Under the pieces are notes generated by a model. The model was not told the DNA's origin and did no database searches. It saw nothing but the letters and a program-made list of their open reading frames with translations. Below, piece after piece: positions 1 to 8,444 of a stretch of 32,000 bases of DNA. Source of the stretch: Candidatus Saccharimonadota bacterium (GTDB taxonomy: Bacteria > Patescibacteriota > Gracilibacteria > UBA1369 > 2-02-FULL-48-14); NCBI GenBank assembly GCA_965230905.1, contig OZ246396.1, positions 930,001 through 962,000 of the forward strand, given 5' to 3'. The position numbers and the translations under genes are program-made. The first letter of the stretch is position 1. Each line of letters begins with the position of its first letter.

Positions 1-1249
1 AAGTTCCTTTGCAGGCTTTTACAAAGTCCTCATCCAGAGGGAAAGGCCAGCTGCGCTCGCCGGTTTGTTTGCTGCAGTCCATGTATTCGTCCACAATTTT
101 TTGTTGATTCCCCATCACTCCGGTGATGTGGTAACCCAGGGCAACGGTCACGGCTCCAGTTAGAGTCGCAATGTCCACCATCACTTTGGGTTCAAAGTTC
201 TTTTGAGTGTAGGAAAGTCCGTCGGCCAGCACCATGCGCCCTTCGGCGTCGGTGTTGTTGATTTCAATGGTTTTTCCGTTGTAAGCCGTAACCACGTCGC
301 CGGGGTGAACCGCCAAATGAGAGATGGCGTTTTCGGCGCAGCAGAGCACTCCCACAAAGTAACCGGTCAGCTTGGCTTCCGCGATTCCCTGCATGAGCGC
401 AATCACGGTGGCGGCTCCGGTCATATCGAGTTTCATGTCTTCAATGTAACCGGTTGGTTTGAGGTTCAATCCTCCGGTGTCGAAGGTGATTCCTTTTCCC
501 ACAAAGGCCATGTTGGCTTGCTTGGCTTTGCTCTTGTTGCGGTATTCCAAAATCACCATGCGGGAGCCCACTTGTGCGCCTTGTCCAACCGCATAAATGG
601 CACCGCAGCCCATTTTTTTGAGTTGCTTGTCGTCGAAGACGGTGGCTTTGATTTTGTATTTTTTAGCCATGGCCACGCCGGCATCGGCCACATCTTGCGT
701 GTTCAAATTTCCCGCGCAGGTGTTCACCATGTCTCGCATCGGTTCCGTCACTTTCATGAAGAGGTTCACTTTATTGAGCGCGGCTTTGGTCTTTGCAGTT
801 GTGGGGCAAATGAAGGTGAGTTCGTTGGTTAGCACGGCTTTTTTATCTGGAGTTTTGTAGCGTTTGAAATCGTAGGAACCCAGTGCAGCTCCATAGGCCA
901 AGGTAGAAAAATCTGCTTCGCTGACCCAAGCGGCTGCGCTTTGCGCTTTGGCTGCTTTACATAGGTCAGGCAGGCGTCCGCCCAGGTGTTCAAGGGCTTG
1001 AGGAATTTCTTTTCCCACTTCGCCGCGGCCCACCAAAACGATGCGCTTCCACTTTCCACCGTCTGCAAAAAGAGTGAGGGTCTGCCCTTCTTCACCTTCA
1101 AAATCCTTGGCCTTGAAACGTGCTTCCACTTGCTTGCTCAGCGCGCTGCCCAGAGCGGATTGCATGGCTTTGGAAAGGCCTTCGCCTTTGGCTAAAACCA
1201 AAAAAAGTACATCAGCAGAAACAGGGCTGGCGGAGAGGGCGATTTGCAT
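1..1249 (-). CDS. pepA: Leucyl aminopeptidase, M17 family (C-terminus lies beyond the window start)
   Basis: Absent from the ORF track because it runs off the edge. Manual minus-strand translation from the ATG (complement of 1247-1249) stays open to position 1. It reads MQIALSASPV...VGKGITFDTGGLNLKP...DMKLDMTGAA...NNTDAEGRMVLAD, the M17 metal-site motifs. The + ORF 203-832 is its antisense shadow. Confidence 0.85.
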   Translation of the reverse strand, partial: MQIALSASPVSADVLFLVLAKGEGLSKAMQSALGSALSKQVEARFKAKDFEGEEGQTLTLFADGGKWKRIVLVGRGEVGKEIPQALEHLGGRLPDLCKAAKAQSAAAWVSEADFSTLAYGAALGSYDFKRYKTPDKKAVLTNELTFICPTTAKTKAALNKVNLFMKVTEPMRDMVNTCAGNLNTQDVADAGVAMAKKYKIKATVFDDKQLKKMGCGAIYAVGQGAQVGSRMVILEYRNKSKAKQANMAFVGKGITFDTGGLNLKPTGYIEDMKLDMTGAATVIALMQGIAEAKLTGYFVGVLCCAENAISHLAVHPGDVVTAYNGKTIEINNTDAEGRMVLADGLSYTQKNFEPKVMVDIATLTGAVTVALGYHITGVMGNQQKIVDEYMDCSKQTGERSWPFPLDEDFVKACKGT

Positions 1250-1326
1250 AAGTCAAAATGTTAAAAGGCGTTGTAGGCAGCTTACAACCGATTGAATTTT
1301 AGGTAAAGCTGTGCGTAAATGAATCC

Positions 1327-2802
1327 ATGCACAAACATCTTTTATATTACTTTTCAGCCTTCATTTGTGGGATGGCGGTTATGGCTGTGGAGGTGAGTGC
1401 GGCGCGCCTGCTCGCTCCGTACTTTGGAAATTCTCTGTATGTGTGGACCAATATTCTTGGGCTGGTTATGGTGGCGCTCGCTGCAGGATATTATTTTGGT
1501 GGACGGCTGGCGGATAAGCATCCGAATCGGGATGCGTATTTTGCGCTCGTTTTTTTGACGGGTGTGTGGACGGTGCTGATTCCGTTTGCTGCACCTGCGT
1601 TGTTTGAAAATTTGACGACCGGGTTTCCTAATTTGGCGCTTACGGTGAAGTGGGGATCTTTTTTTGCGGTGGGGTTTTTATTGACCGTGCCCATGTTTTT
1701 GCTGGGAATGATTGTGCCTTTCACGGTTAAATTGGTGATTAAAAATGTCGCTAGTATGGGCCGCGAGTCGGGGCAGATTTCCACGGTTTCTACGCTGGGA
1801 AGTTTGTTGGGAACTTTTTTGCCGGCCTTTTTGCTGATTCCCACCATGGGGACGACCAAAACCTTTGTGTTCATTGGGCTCGTTTTAATTTTCCTCGCGG
1901 CTTTTGGTTTGCGAAAATGGTGGGCGGGCCTCTTGGCGTTGGCGGGGCTAGGACTTTTTTTGGTGGTGCCGCCGGTATACGCCAATGGCGATGTGATTCA
2001 TGCCGAAGATTCACCTTATGGTTACATTTTTGTGACGGAGGATGAGGAGGGGGTGCGTCGACTGCACATCGATAATCCGCTCGGCACTCAATCGGTGTAC
2101 GATCCCGACTCGGTGATTCCCGGTGAGCGCTATTATTATTCTTATTTTGGCGTTTTGCCTGCCCTGGTGGACGCGCCTCAAACGATGCTCATTTTGGGGC
2201 ACGCAGGGGGGAGTTTTACCCGAATTTTCAACAGCTATTATCCGCAGATTGAAATCACCGGTGTGGAAATTGATCCGGTCGTGACGCGTATTTCTCAGGA
2301 GTACATGGGACTTTCGGAGGCGGAGGTGGAGATTGTGCACGCGGACGCGCGGACTTTTTTGGAGTATACGGATCAGCGCTACGACCTCATTTTGATAGAC
2401 ACTTACCATTCGTCTAATATTCCCGCCCACTTGGCTACGCAGGAATTTTTTGCGCTGGCGGAATCGCGGCTCACGGAAGACGGAGTACTGGCCCTAAACG
2501 CCGCTTCGGCCGAGGGCGTATTTTTGGACACGCTGGTGAACACCCTTGCCTCGGCTTTCACTGAAGTGGGTACTGTGAAAATTCCCAATAGTTTCAACAC
2601 CATGATTGTGGGGCACGAGGGCTTTGAAATGTCTGCAGTCCCTCAGGCCCTTGCAGACAAAGCTGCCTACGTTCAAGAAAATTTGGAGATCACAGCTCAC
2701 ACGGCGGCGCTGGAAAGCTTCACCGACGACAAAATGTCTCGCATCGAAATCCTGACCGAGCAGATGTACTTGGAACTCATGAAGGGCTTTAAGCTACGTT
2801 GA
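1327..2802 (+). CDS. Polytopic membrane domain fused to a spermidine-synthase-like (class I SAM-dependent transferase) domain
   Basis: 491 aa. The N-terminal ~210 aa contain about 7 hydrophobic helices. The C-terminal half has ILGHAGGSF...ITGVEIDPVV...ADARTFL...YDLILIDTY, the spacing typical of spermidine/spermine synthase-family folds. Confidence 0.75.
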   Translation: MHKHLLYYFSAFICGMAVMAVEVSAARLLAPYFGNSLYVWTNILGLVMVALAAGYYFGGRLADKHPNRDAYFALVFLTGVWTVLIPFAAPALFENLTTGFPNLALTVKWGSFFAVGFLLTVPMFLLGMIVPFTVKLVIKNVASMGRESGQISTVSTLGSLLGTFLPAFLLIPTMGTTKTFVFIGLVLIFLAAFGLRKWWAGLLALAGLGLFLVVPPVYANGDVIHAEDSPYGYIFVTEDEEGVRRLHIDNPLGTQSVYDPDSVIPGERYYYSYFGVLPALVDAPQTMLILGHAGGSFTRIFNSYYPQIEITGVEIDPVVTRISQEYMGLSEAEVEIVHADARTFLEYTDQRYDLILIDTYHSSNIPAHLATQEFFALAESRLTEDGVLALNAASAEGVFLDTLVNTLASAFTEVGTVKIPNSFNTMIVGHEGFEMSAVPQALADKAAYVQENLEITAHTAALESFTDDKMSRIEILTEQMYLELMKGFKLR

Positions 2803-3187
2803 GATCCTGGGCAGGAACCTTGGAATTCCAGCTCAAAAAGTCTTCGGTGACGGGGCGGCGAGCCTGGATATTTTCGCTAACGGAATGCCAGAATTCAATC
2901 TGTTCTTCGCCGAGTTTCCAGCACAGGAACACGGGTTGATTTTTGTAAAAACTAGGAAAGTCGAGTATGCCTTCCACGGGGTCGCGCATCAGGCAGCCCA
3001 CTTGCGCGAGTTCGGCATTGCAGGTTTTTAAACGGTCCACTTTGCTGCGGATCACGGCCTCTGCGGTTCCATCTTCGCTTGCCTGAAAGCCCATCAGTGC
3101 ATTCCAAATCGTTTGAATTTCTTTGAGAACAGGCGCCACAAAAACCAGGGCTCTATTGGCTTCCTCCAGTGTAAACGTTTTTCCCAT
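2789..3187 (-). CDS. DUF2203 family protein
   Basis: 132 aa. FTLEEANRAL...DPVEGILDFPS...QPVFLCWKLGEEQIEFWH matches the DUF2203 pattern as I remember it. Lies immediately downstream of bcp on the same strand. Confidence 0.65.
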   Translation of the reverse strand: MGKTFTLEEANRALVFVAPVLKEIQTIWNALMGFQASEDGTAEAVIRSKVDRLKTCNAELAQVGCLMRDPVEGILDFPSFYKNQPVFLCWKLGEEQIEFWHSVSENIQARRPVTEDFLSWNSKVPAQDLNVA

Positions 3188-3232
3188 ACGATGTGGGTTA
3201 CTGGTTATTACAACGGACAGCTCCTCAAAAAG

Positions 3233-3697
3233 TTACAGAGACTTGGCTTCTTCCAACACAGTGGCGACGTGATTTGGCACGCTGACTTTGCGCCACGCCT
3301 TGGCGATTTTTCCATTTTCGTCGATGAGGAAAGTCGTTCGTTCTACGCCCATAAAGGTTTTTCCGTACATGCTTTTTTCTTTCCACACTCCAAAGGCGTC
3401 GAGCAGTTTACCTTCTTCGTCGGAAATCAGCTCAAAAGGCAGGTCGTATTTTTCAATGAATTTGTCGTGGGATTTGAGCGGATCTTTGCTCACTCCAATG
3501 ATCACGGCGTTCACGCCGGCGTAGTTTTTCAGATTGTCGCGGAACTCACAGGCTTCGGTGGTGCAACCTGGGGTGTCGTCCTTTGGGTAAAAATAAAGCA
3601 CGATTTTTTTGCCTTTGTAATCCGCCAGCGAAAGCTCCTTTCCAGATGAAGAGGGGAGGCTAAAAGTCGGAACGGAGTCTCCTTCGTTGAGCGCCAT
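3233..3697 (-). CDS. bcp: Thioredoxin-dependent thiol peroxidase (peroxiredoxin Bcp)
   Basis: 154 aa. KKIVLYFYPKDDTPGCTTEACEFRD is the canonical Bcp/PrxQ active-site block. Confidence 0.9.
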   Translation of the reverse strand: MALNEGDSVPTFSLPSSSGKELSLADYKGKKIVLYFYPKDDTPGCTTEACEFRDNLKNYAGVNAVIIGVSKDPLKSHDKFIEKYDLPFELISDEEGKLLDAFGVWKEKSMYGKTFMGVERTTFLIDENGKIAKAWRKVSVPNHVATVLEEAKSL

Positions 3698-3736
3698 ACG
3701 GATTTGTTTAATGACATTTAGAGTTTAACACGGCTG

Positions 3737-3745
3737 TGCTAGAAT
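3737..3745 (+). promoter_or_regulatory. Possible extended -10 promoter element (TGCTAGAAT) for sod
   Basis: TGnTAGAAT lies 26 nt upstream of the ATG at 3772. A weak -35-like TTTAGA sits 17 nt upstream of it. Confidence 0.35.
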
Positions 3746-3771
3746 CAAAAAGAATTTCCTAACAAAATTTT

Positions 3772-4362
3772 ATGGCACACAGCGCAAAAGACTTTTCTGC
3801 ACTTTTGGGAACCCTGCAAGGTTTATCGGACAGCCAGCTTTCTCAGCATTTCAAGCTTTACGAAGGCTATGTGAAAAAGATCAACGAAATTGAGGAAAAA
3901 CTCATGACCGTGGATAAGAGTTTGGCGAACTATTCTTTTGGAGAATACAGCGAACTCAAGCGCCGCGAAGCCACGGCTTTCAACGGAACCTATTTGCACG
4001 AGATGTATTTTGAAAATATGAAAGGAACGCCTACCGAGGGCAGCGACGCGCTCAAGGCTGCTCTTGAGGGAAGTTTTGGTGGTATGGCCGAGTGGGAGAA
4101 GGATATGCGTGCGTGTGCGGCGTCAACTCCGGGTTGGGTTTTGCTCACGTACAGCAAGGTGGATAAAAAATTGCACCACTACATCATGTTCGAACATCAC
4201 ATGAATTACCCCGTTCACCAGGTGCCGCTCATGGCGCTGGACTGCTGGGAACACGCGTTCATGATCGATTACGGAATCGACAAACCAAGTTACCTCAACG
4301 CGTTTGTGAAGAATATGAATTGGGAGGTGATTGATAAGCGTTACAAGGAGATTGTGCAGTAG
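3772..4362 (+). CDS. Fe/Mn-family superoxide dismutase (divergent N-terminal helix)
   Basis: 196 aa. DCWEHAFMIDYG is the family D-x-W-E-H motif. Candidate metal ligands are H in LSQHFKLYEGYV, H in YLHEMYF, and D/H in DCWEH. Confidence 0.8.
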   Translation: MAHSAKDFSALLGTLQGLSDSQLSQHFKLYEGYVKKINEIEEKLMTVDKSLANYSFGEYSELKRREATAFNGTYLHEMYFENMKGTPTEGSDALKAALEGSFGGMAEWEKDMRACAASTPGWVLLTYSKVDKKLHHYIMFEHHMNYPVHQVPLMALDCWEHAFMIDYGIDKPSYLNAFVKNMNWEVIDKRYKEIVQ

Positions 4363-4408
4363 TTGATTTTCTATTGAAAGGGTTTTAGACTGTGGTCTTA
4401 TTTTTTCT

Positions 4409-5224
4409 ATGAGACTTTTAAGTTTAGATTCTGCAAAAAGTCCTTCTGCGAAGGTCAGGCTGAAGCTTAACACCTTGGGTCCACATAGATCCCAGGTTCG
4501 TGGTAGATTGAATCAGATTCTTTACACTTTAGGGTTGGTCTTCCCAGCTTTAAATATTTCTTTGGTTTTTGAGCAAGCATCTTCAGAGCTCAAAGCAGGA
4601 GAACAGCTTCCCCCTGTTCCTCAAAAAGCATCCAAGCCCATGCCGCCCCCAGCTTATGACCGAAAAATGCCTGACACTTTAGATTTGCCGTCCACTGAAA
4701 TACGTGAGGTGCAACGAGCTGCCAAGCAAGCTGCTAGAAAAAACGAAACGAACCAGTCTAAAACGCCTCCTGCTTCTTTTAAGCTGCCTTTGCTAATGGC
4801 CTCACAAGTGGAAGGATCTTTACTACCTGCAAATGAGGAATGGCCCTCGACTATTCGCACGATCTATCGTGTTTTGCAAGACTGGGGAATGGGCGTGAGC
4901 TTGGTTCGACGTAAAGGTCAGCAGCCCAGAATGATGATTGTGGTCCCTGATAAGTATTTATTAGAAAGCGAACTGAAGTTACCCGCTGAAGCCGCTAGCA
5001 TTTTTTCCAGGCAAAAAATTGGAAAAGATTCTAAACAAGTACTGGAGAACTTGAGTTATTTTTATTGGCTTTTTAGAAGAGATGCTAATCAAGAACGTAG
5101 GAGGCAGCGAAATGGAAATGAAAAGCGAAGGCAAAATAGACGCGGAATCGCGAGAGCTGAAAAACAGGAACAGTATTGGGTGAATCAAGAAGGGAGCGAT
5201 GAAGGTTTCTTGGATGCGATTTAG
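4409..5224 (+). CDS. Hypothetical protein (orphan), Arg/Gln-rich basic C-terminus; start uncertain
   Basis: It is the only long ORF filling the 868-bp gap between the convergent sod and nrnA genes. The region is visibly AT-richer than its neighbours. No motif recognised. Internal Met starts are possible (e.g. MPPPAYDRK). Confidence 0.35.
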   Translation: MRLLSLDSAKSPSAKVRLKLNTLGPHRSQVRGRLNQILYTLGLVFPALNISLVFEQASSELKAGEQLPPVPQKASKPMPPPAYDRKMPDTLDLPSTEIREVQRAAKQAARKNETNQSKTPPASFKLPLLMASQVEGSLLPANEEWPSTIRTIYRVLQDWGMGVSLVRRKGQQPRMMIVVPDKYLLESELKLPAEAASIFSRQKIGKDSKQVLENLSYFYWLFRRDANQERRRQRNGNEKRRQNRRGIARAEKQEQYWVNQEGSDEGFLDAI

Positions 5225-5230
5225 CACTGT

Positions 5231-6199
5231 CTAAACAATGTCCCAACTTTTCTTTTCAACGAGGTGGCCCGGCACCGTGAACCCGGCTGCTTTTTTGTGG
5301 CCGCCGCCGCCGAAGAGTCCTGTGAGGGCCGTGAGATCCATGGTTTCGTTTTGAGTGCGGAGCGAGCCTTTGATGTTGCCTTTAAAATCCTCGGTGAGCA
5401 GCATGCAGAATTTGGCTTCTGGCACGTGGTTGAGGTAGTTCACCAGGCCACTGAGGTCTTCGGGCGTGGCGTTTTCTTCTTTGTAATCTTGCTCGGTGAC
5501 GGCGGTTACCACGGCTTGTTTTTCGTTGAGGGTGGCGCGGGAAAGGGCGCGGCCCCAGAGACGGAGCTTGGGAATGGAGGCCGTGTGGAATTGTTCTTTC
5601 ACGGAGCGCTCGAGGTCCGCGCCCAAGGCTTTCAGGCGCGCGGCGATGCGTAGGGAATCGGCGCTGGTGTTGGAGTGCATGAAGGAACCCGTGTCGTAAT
5701 AAAGTCCTTGGAGCAGGGAAGTGGCCATGGTGGGCGTGATGCTCCAGCCGTAGTAGGAAAAAAGTACGAAGAGCATGAAACAAGTGGCCGGCGTTTGGGC
5801 CATCACAATATTTACGTTGCCAAAATTATCGTTGCTCGGGTGGTGGTCGATGTTGATGAGCTGGATTTTTTGGCGGTCCAGGAGGTCTGGCATGGTTTCG
5901 TGAAAAGCCATGAGTTTGTGGCTGCCACAGTCCACGGTTATCACCAAGTCGAAGTCGACTAAATTGAAGCTGCGCACGTAGGTCTCGGCTTTGCGGAGGA
6001 AGAGGCAGCTCTCGGGAATGGGATCGATGCTGGTGGACGTGACGGTTTTGCCCATGTTTTCCAGGGCTTCGCGGAGGGCGAGGTTGGCGCCAATGGAATC
6101 GGCGTCCGGGTTTTTGTGCGAAATAATCAGGATGCGCTGAGCTCCCAGCATCAGCTGCTTTGCTTTATCGAATTCGTCGATGGGGAGGGAAGTGGGCAT
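5231..6199 (-). CDS. nrnA: DHH/DHHA1 phosphoesterase (NrnA-like oligoribonuclease / pAp phosphatase)
   Basis: 322 aa. Motifs present: SHKNPDADSIGA (DxD), VDCGS, NIDHHPSN (DHH) and GGGGHKKAAGF (the DHHA1 GGGH). Confidence 0.85.
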   Translation of the reverse strand: MPTSLPIDEFDKAKQLMLGAQRILIISHKNPDADSIGANLALREALENMGKTVTSTSIDPIPESCLFLRKAETYVRSFNLVDFDLVITVDCGSHKLMAFHETMPDLLDRQKIQLINIDHHPSNDNFGNVNIVMAQTPATCFMLFVLFSYYGWSITPTMATSLLQGLYYDTGSFMHSNTSADSLRIAARLKALGADLERSVKEQFHTASIPKLRLWGRALSRATLNEKQAVVTAVTEQDYKEENATPEDLSGLVNYLNHVPEAKFCMLLTEDFKGNIKGSLRTQNETMDLTALTGLFGGGGHKKAAGFTVPGHLVEKKSWDIV

Positions 6200-6322
6200 G
6201 GTGAATAAGGTCTATCAAAGTAGCATTTTGCTTAGTTCTATGGAAGCTGAAAATTTAGGAGGCCAAAGAATTTATGGAGCTTGGAGTGGCGAGTCGGGGC
6301 TTGGGCGTTTTTTGGCGCGAAA

Positions 6323-6340
6323 GGTGAAGGTGCACTCACC
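6323..6340. repeat. Inverted repeat GGTGA-N8-TCACC upstream of the HNH gene
   Basis: GGTGAAGGTGCACTCACC has the same 5-nt arms and the same 18-nt length as the perfect palindrome upstream of the paralog (29997-30014). Confidence 0.4.
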
Positions 6341-6394
6341 CACGCTTTTGTCACGTGAAAGTGAGGGTTTTGATCTGTTAAAGTGGGGGATTTT

Positions 6395-6403
6395 TGTTAG
6401 AAT
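6395..6403 (+). promoter_or_regulatory. Possible extended -10 (TGTTAGAAT) of the HNH gene
   Basis: It lies 23 nt upstream of the ATG at 6427. The paralog has TGTTAAAAT at exactly the same 23-nt distance from its ATG. Confidence 0.4.
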
Positions 6404-6426
6404 TTAGATTCATTAACCCATCAAAA

Positions 6427-7227
6427 ATGACTGACCAAGAATTGTATGAAAAAGCCCGGTTTTATGGGCGAAATGCCATCCAATGGCGACAGAGGTTTAT
6501 AGGGCTGCTCCCGGAAGTTGAAAAACGCGGATTGTATGCAACTAAAGGGTTTGACTCCATGTTTGAGTTTGCTTTTAAATTGGCAGGCCTGAGTGAAGAA
6601 CAAGTAAGCACGGCACTCAACCTGGAGAAACGCTTTGCAGATAAGCCAACCTTGAAAGCTCTTTTAGAGAATGGCGAGGTGAGTATTAACAAACTGGTTC
6701 GTATTCAATCCGTTGTCACGGCAGAGAATGAAGCCTTCTGGGCTCAGCAGGTTCAGTTACTTCCTAAAAAAGCTCTGGAAACTTTGGTTAGAGATGAGCG
6801 ATCTTTGCGCCACGAGGGCGCTTTGCCCGGGCAAATGATGCCACTACAACTTTCCGAGGACGTCAAGGTGCGGCTCGAAAAACTACAGGAGAAAGGGATA
6901 GATCTAAGCTAGCTTTTAACAGAACTGCTAGATCGCCATGAAAAAGAAATCGAAGAAGAGAAAGATGCCATCGCTAAAGATTTGAAGGAAACCGAATCTC
7001 GCTATGTAGCGGTGAGAACTCAGCGCGTCGTTCAAAAAGAGCATGGTTCCAAATGCTCCATTCCCACCTGTAAAAAGCCGGCTGACCACTTGCACCACAC
7101 GCAAACCTTTGCCCTCAGTCGGCGGCATGACCCTCATTATCTCGCTCCACTCTGCAAAGAACACCACACGATTGCGCACTCAATCAACGTCAAGGTGCAG
7201 GAGGCGAGGTCTGCTTATTTGTGGTGA
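6427..7227 (+). pseudogene. HNH endonuclease with a DUF222-like helical N-domain, interrupted by one in-frame TAG (6910-6912)
   Basis: ORFs 6394-6912 and 6982-7227 share a frame, and only the TAG separates them. The C-terminal part carries CSIPTCKKPADHLHHTQ...LCKEHHTIAH (HNH). The likely start is MTDQELYEKARFYG at 6427, by analogy with the paralog's MTDYKKLSDRELYK. Confidence 0.6.
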
Positions 7228-7242
7228 TACTTTCTCAAGTTT

Positions 7243-7596
7243 TTAAACTTGCAGCGCTCCCCAAACCATTAGGCTCGCAAAAAGGAGGATGACGAGTAGG
7301 AAGCTTAGGCTGAGGCCGTTCATGAACGAGCTCATTTTGTTTGATTTCACAAAGTCTTCAAACTTTTCGTTAAAAAAACCTGACGCAAAGGCCAAGAGGT
7401 AAGCTCCGATGAGGATGGTTTCGCTTATAATTTTGTAAATGCGTGGAAAGTCGAGCAGTAATATGAGGCCTGTCAGCAGAATTACAAAAAAACTTGCTAT
7501 GCCTAAGGTAAAAAATAGACCCTCTTTTTTAGAGGGCGGTTTTTTGTCGGGATACATATTCATAGGCCATGTAAGCGGCTTTGGTTCCTTCGGCAA
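7243..7596 (-). CDS. Small integral membrane protein (about 3 TM helices), hypothetical
   Basis: 117 aa with hydrophobic stretches GLFFTLGIASFFVILLTGLILLL, ILIGAYLLAFASGFF and LSLSFLLVILLFASLMVWG. The annotated start overlaps the trxB 3' end by 68 nt, so an internal Met (MNMYPDKK) is likelier. Confidence 0.45.
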   Translation of the reverse strand: MPKEPKPLTWPMNMYPDKKPPSKKEGLFFTLGIASFFVILLTGLILLLDFPRIYKIISETILIGAYLLAFASGFFNEKFEDFVKSNKMSSFMNGLSLSFLLVILLFASLMVWGALQV

Positions 7597-8443
7597 CTCC
7601 CACGACCGCTTGTTTCCATTCGGTGTCGGACACGTCGCCGGCAGCGTAGAAGCCGGGAATATTGGTTTCGCTCATATGGTTGATGAGGATTTCGCCCTTG
7701 GCATTTTTTTCCACGCCAAGCTCGTCCACCATAGAAGTGAGCGGGATGCGGCCAATTTCAATGAAGACTCCTTGGATGTCCATCTCTTCGCCCGTGTCGA
7801 ACTTTACTTTGCGGACCACGGTGTCACCCAGAATTTCCACGATGTTGGTTTTGAATTTCGGTGTGATATTGGGCGCGGCCTCCATGCGCTTCAGGTTGAT
7901 GTACTCGGCTTTGGTGAAAGCATCGCCGCGGTACACAATGGTCACGTGCTCCGCATGTTCGGCCAAAATCAGGGATTCCTTAACGGCGCTGTCTCCGCCG
8001 CCCACAATGATCACGCGCTTCTTTTTGTAGAAGGGGGCGTCGCAGGTGGCGCAGTAGGAAACTCCGCGTGAGGCGAGTTCTTTTTCCCCGGGCACACCGA
8101 GTTGGCGGTAAGTGGTTCCGGTGGCCACTAGTACGGTGCGTGCCTCAAAGGTTTCTTTTCCAAAATCTACTTTGAATACGTCGCCTTCTTTCACGATGCG
8201 AGTCACGCGGCTGCCGAGTTTAAAGGGAACGTCGTTGGCTTTGGCGTGCGCGATCAAATTGTCGGCGAGTTCTTGGCCGCTGAGTGCGATGAAGCCGGGA
8301 TAGTTTTCAACGAGGTGCGTGGTGGTAATGGTTCCGCCGAGCCCTTCCGTAAGAATGAGCACGTTTAAGTTGAAACGGCGGGCGTAGATGGAAGCACCGA
8401 GGCCGGCGCAGCCGCCACCCACAATGAGGAGATCGTAGAGCAT
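7529..8443 (-). CDS. trxB: Thioredoxin-disulfide reductase family flavoprotein (low-Mr TrxR) with a degenerate NADPH-specificity motif
   Basis: 304 aa. Has LLIVGGGCAGLGA (FAD GxGxxG), the redox-active CATC, IIVGGGDSA, and GFYAAGD. The position of E. coli HRRDxFRA reads YRGDAFTK (7910-7933). Confidence 0.9.
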   Translation of the reverse strand: MLYDLLIVGGGCAGLGASIYARRFNLNVLILTEGLGGTITTTHLVENYPGFIALSGQELADNLIAHAKANDVPFKLGSRVTRIVKEGDVFKVDFGKETFEARTVLVATGTTYRQLGVPGEKELASRGVSYCATCDAPFYKKKRVIIVGGGDSAVKESLILAEHAEHVTIVYRGDAFTKAEYINLKRMEAAPNITPKFKTNIVEILGDTVVRKVKFDTGEEMDIQGVFIEIGRIPLTSMVDELGVEKNAKGEILINHMSETNIPGFYAAGDVSDTEWKQAVVGVAEGTKAAYMAYEYVSRQKTAL

Positions 8444-8444
8444 T

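Noticed and set aside
211-221. AGGAAAGTCCG, an 11-nt match to the RNase P RNA CR-I consensus (GAGGAAAGUCCGGGC)
   Set aside because: It lies inside the pepA coding sequence, antisense to codons for ADGLSYT. None of the other RNase P conserved regions or helices are nearby.
6910-6912. Possibility that TAG is reassigned (alternative genetic code), prompted by the in-frame TAG in the HNH gene
   Set aside because: TAG terminates well-defined genes at the expected protein ends (sod at 4360-4362, nrnA at 5231-5233). TGA and TAA are also used as stops. A single interrupted selfish-type gene is better explained as a nonsense mutation or a local event.
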